Assembly (NCBI GenBank): GCA_012862495.1
Contig: BLSG01000329.1
Coordinates: 208,808 to 269,483 of the forward strand
Source of the DNA: Thraustochytrium aureum
Taxonomy: Eukaryota
Direction of reading: 5' to 3'
DNA: 60,676 bases
In this document: one piece after another, positions 58,266-60,676 of the stretch
Layout of the letters: each line of letters opens with the position of its first letter
Position numbering within the stretch: the first letter of the stretch is position 1
The notes under the pieces: model-generated
Seen by the model: only the letters and a program-made list of their open reading frames with translations
Told to the model about the DNA's origin: nothing
The model's database searches: none
Translations under genes and position numbers: made by a program

Positions 58266-59531
58266 TCAGTCAGACGCGGCCGTGTGCGACTGAATGACGG
58301 CCCAGCACTCCTCGCAAGCTTGAGCCGTTGCAAGAAACAGCGCCTGCCACTCGAGTGGAATCACTTGCCGGTCCCCGCTTCCGTCTTGTGGGCCGTCCTC
58401 GTCCAGAAGAGAAGAAGATGCCTTTGGAGAACCTGCCCTCTCGGCTCCACGCAATTCCGGGCAACGACCTGTTTGGCCAGCGTTCTCTTGGAGCACACCC
58501 GGGCTCGCCTCGGCCACAGCTTTCTGACCGACTCGATGCTTGTAGTCGCCAGCTGTACTAGAATGGCCGGTCCCAACCGGGTTGTCTTCCTCCAGAGTTC
58601 CGAAATCGCAAGCGCCAGGAGGCGCGGCCAGGACAGCGTCCACGTCTTGAAATCGCCCGCTAGAATTGATTCGTCTTGCGAGCTCTTGAAGGCGGCGAGA
58701 ATAGTCCCCTTTTAGTTTTGCGCGTCCCTCACGCAAGCTCTTTACAGACTCGTCGAGCGCCCGCACCTGACTCTCTGCAAGTTTCAGTTTGCCCTCTTGC
58801 TCCCGCAAAGCATTCAATGATTCGGAAGCTTGGCGCTGCTGCTCCCCAAGCCGTCGCTGCAGGCTCGCAAGCTCGCGCGACTTTTCAGCAAGGGCCTCTG
58901 CAAGAGATCCCTTCTCCTGCTCTTGCCGTGCGTTCAGGGCGACTTCCTCCTCCACGCGGAGCCTTAGCTCGACCAAGTCGCTCGCTTGTTTCTGTGGGTT
59001 GGATGGGTGAGGACGAGGCCAGTACCGGCGAGACTCGTCAGCTGCCACACTACTCCTACGGCTTTTGAAGACTGCGTACTCACCGAGATCTCACCCGTCT
59101 ACTGCCTCCACATGGACCACCGGCTAGGATTTTGACAAACTCACCTGGAACGCCCCCGACAACGACTCGAGCACATCAGCTGGCGGCGCATTCTCTTGGC
59201 AGTTTCGCAGTGCCAGGCTCGCCCCGGGATCTTGCTCGCAACGGCTTGCGTCTGGCGGAACGGATGGCGCGTATCGCGGTTTTCGAACCACCAGCCGCTG
59301 CGATGCCGCGTCTTGTGCGCGAGTGCCGTGGTCGCGCTCTGTCGCTTGTGGACGGTCAGCCAGTCGAGCGCCGGGTTTCCGACCCTTGCTCGCACGTTCC
59401 TCCAGATCGTTTTCTCGTTGCGTGTCACGAGGAGGAGGAGGACGACGGTCCAGGTGGGGCTTGCTCGGCAACCTTGGCGGGCCAGGGCGGCCGCGGAGAA
59501 ATTCCTCGAGGTCGAAGGTTGCCTGCATCAT
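58266..59531 (-). CDS. Hypothetical coiled-coil protein, probably two exons (donor GTGAGT near 59143)
   Basis: ORFs 59124..59681 and 58266..59048 lie on the same strand, separated by an intron-like segment; heptad-rich region LVELRLRVEEEV...LQELARR. Confidence 0.5.
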
Positions 59532-59583
59532 GCATATGCTGCGCCTGTCAGGCGACCGCCGCTGATCAGCTCTGGTGCGCCGT

Positions 59584-59640
59584 CGCTGCTCTGGGCGCTG
59601 CTCTGGGCGCTGCTCTGGGCGCTGCTCTGGGCGCTGCTCT
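59584..59640. repeat. 12-bp tandem repeat (~4.7 copies)
   Basis: cgctgctctggg repeated. Confidence 0.9.
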
Positions 59641-59865
59641 CCCGCGCGCACGGCCCTGATCCAGCTCTGCAGTGCGGGCAACTCTCGGGTCGTGTGAGGT
59701 CACGCTGGCGTTCCACTGGCGTTCCCTCGCTGGGAACCTCGTTCCACAAACTGAACAAAGCGAACAAAACAAAACAATATTGTTTCGCGCTGGCGCAAGA
59801 GAATTTCGAGAAAACGAGGAACGAGTCGTTGGAAATCGAGCACAACCGACTCGTCTTGAATCTGT

Positions 59866-60676
59866 TTACGGGGCTGGCTTAGCTCGCGGGGAAGCCTTGC
59901 CCGCTATGCGCTGCGTCCTAGGCGACATGGCTCGAGGTGCAGCACGCGCTGGGGCGCGGGGCGCTGACAGCTTTTCGCCTCGCGAATCGGCGACGCGGCG
60001 GCGAGCTGCATACGGAAGAAACGAGCCCCGCATTGACTGGGACTGCGATGCGATGCTTGTCTGCTGAGGTGGCGCGCCGCTGCTGCCATTTTTTTCCCCG
60101 AAGCGACCGATTTCACGCGAAATCAAAGAATTCAACATTTCGCGCTCAGCGCCAAAGCAGACTCCGGAGAGTGACGAACCAAATACGCTTGGCGGATCCG
60201 CCACAGTTGCATGAGCAGACGGAACCTGCGGCAGTCCCGGGATTGATTCGCTCTGCTCGGCATCAGCTCGGCGCCAGACTTCGCTAGTGCTTGTTTCAGT
60301 TGACTCAGAACCCGAGTCCTTGCGATGTTCTGGAGCTGCACCCTTCATCGTCGTCTGTCCACCATGCTGCAATTCGCCGGGGACAAGATGCGTTGCAAGG
60401 AGCGTCGCACCGCTAGTTGGCGGTTTTGGGTGTGCCATCACCCGGTCCATGTCGAGCAGCAATCTTGAAATAGACTCACGTCGGGACTGCGGGGTTTCCA
60501 GGCCACGCAAGGCCTCTCCAAGAGGCCTTGCTTGATCGACCGGGGGAAGAACCGTGCTGCCAGGTTGGTCTACTAGGGATTTCCCAGAAAATGAGGAAAT
60601 CGCTTCGCCCAAATCGGTGGTCGCTTGTCCGAATTCGTCTTCCAAAGTAAAGTCATCACCAAGCTCCAACAGCATC
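59866..60676 (-). CDS. 3' end of a gene running off the window, beginning with a probable final ankyrin repeat
   Basis: Frame is open to the window edge. MLLELGDDFTLEDEFGQAT resembles the ankyrin LLxxGADxxxxDxxG pattern and is followed by a low-complexity tail. Confidence 0.5.
   Translation of the reverse strand, partial: MLLELGDDFTLEDEFGQATTDLGEAISSFSGKSLVDQPGSTVLPPVDQARPLGEALRGLETPQSRRESISRLLLDMDRVMAHPKPPTSGATLLATHLVPGELQHGGQTTMKGAAPEHRKDSGSESTETSTSEVWRRADAEQSESIPGLPQVPSAHATVADPPSVFGSSLSGVCFGAEREMLNSLISREIGRFGEKNGSSGAPPQQTSIASQSQSMRGSFLPYAARRRVADSRGEKLSAPRAPARAAPRAMSPRTQRIAGKASPRAKPAP

Overview
Gene-dense, GC-rich eukaryotic draft-assembly window with about 20 protein-coding genes, few short GT-AG introns and seven N-gaps. 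Gene content and style suggest a flagellated stramenopile such as a thraustochytrid (inference). Genes in order: SART1/Snu66 (5'-partial), a claudin-like four-TM protein with a ~600-aa first extracellular loop, a DUF3089-type hydrolase, NOL6/Utp22, a P4-ATPase flippase, a small 3-exon unknown gene, a membrane-anchored FAD-linked oxidase, an RGS-domain ORF, a ~3,200-codon SPRY-GAT-ARM-LRR-CHAT-NB-ARC gene, TMEM216, a zinc-finger/LRR gene, an IQ-ankyrin gene, a coiled-coil/LRR gene, an F-box/LRR gene, a GH5 glycolipid glucosidase, a cyclic-nucleotide-binding channel, RPL34, an ABC1/ADCK1 kinase and two hypothetical genes. Many genes are broken by single-base indels, mostly in homopolymer runs, which look like sequencing errors and hide the real architectures in the ORF track. 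The best candidate for an undescribed system is the giant NLR-like gene: a caspase-fold CHAT protease with its His/Cys dyad present, fused to a STAND NTPase, with the repeat domains placed N-terminally and possibly spliced to the downstream RGS domain. No rRNA, tRNA, CRISPR array or transposon was recognised. All domain calls are motif recognition by eye, not database searches.
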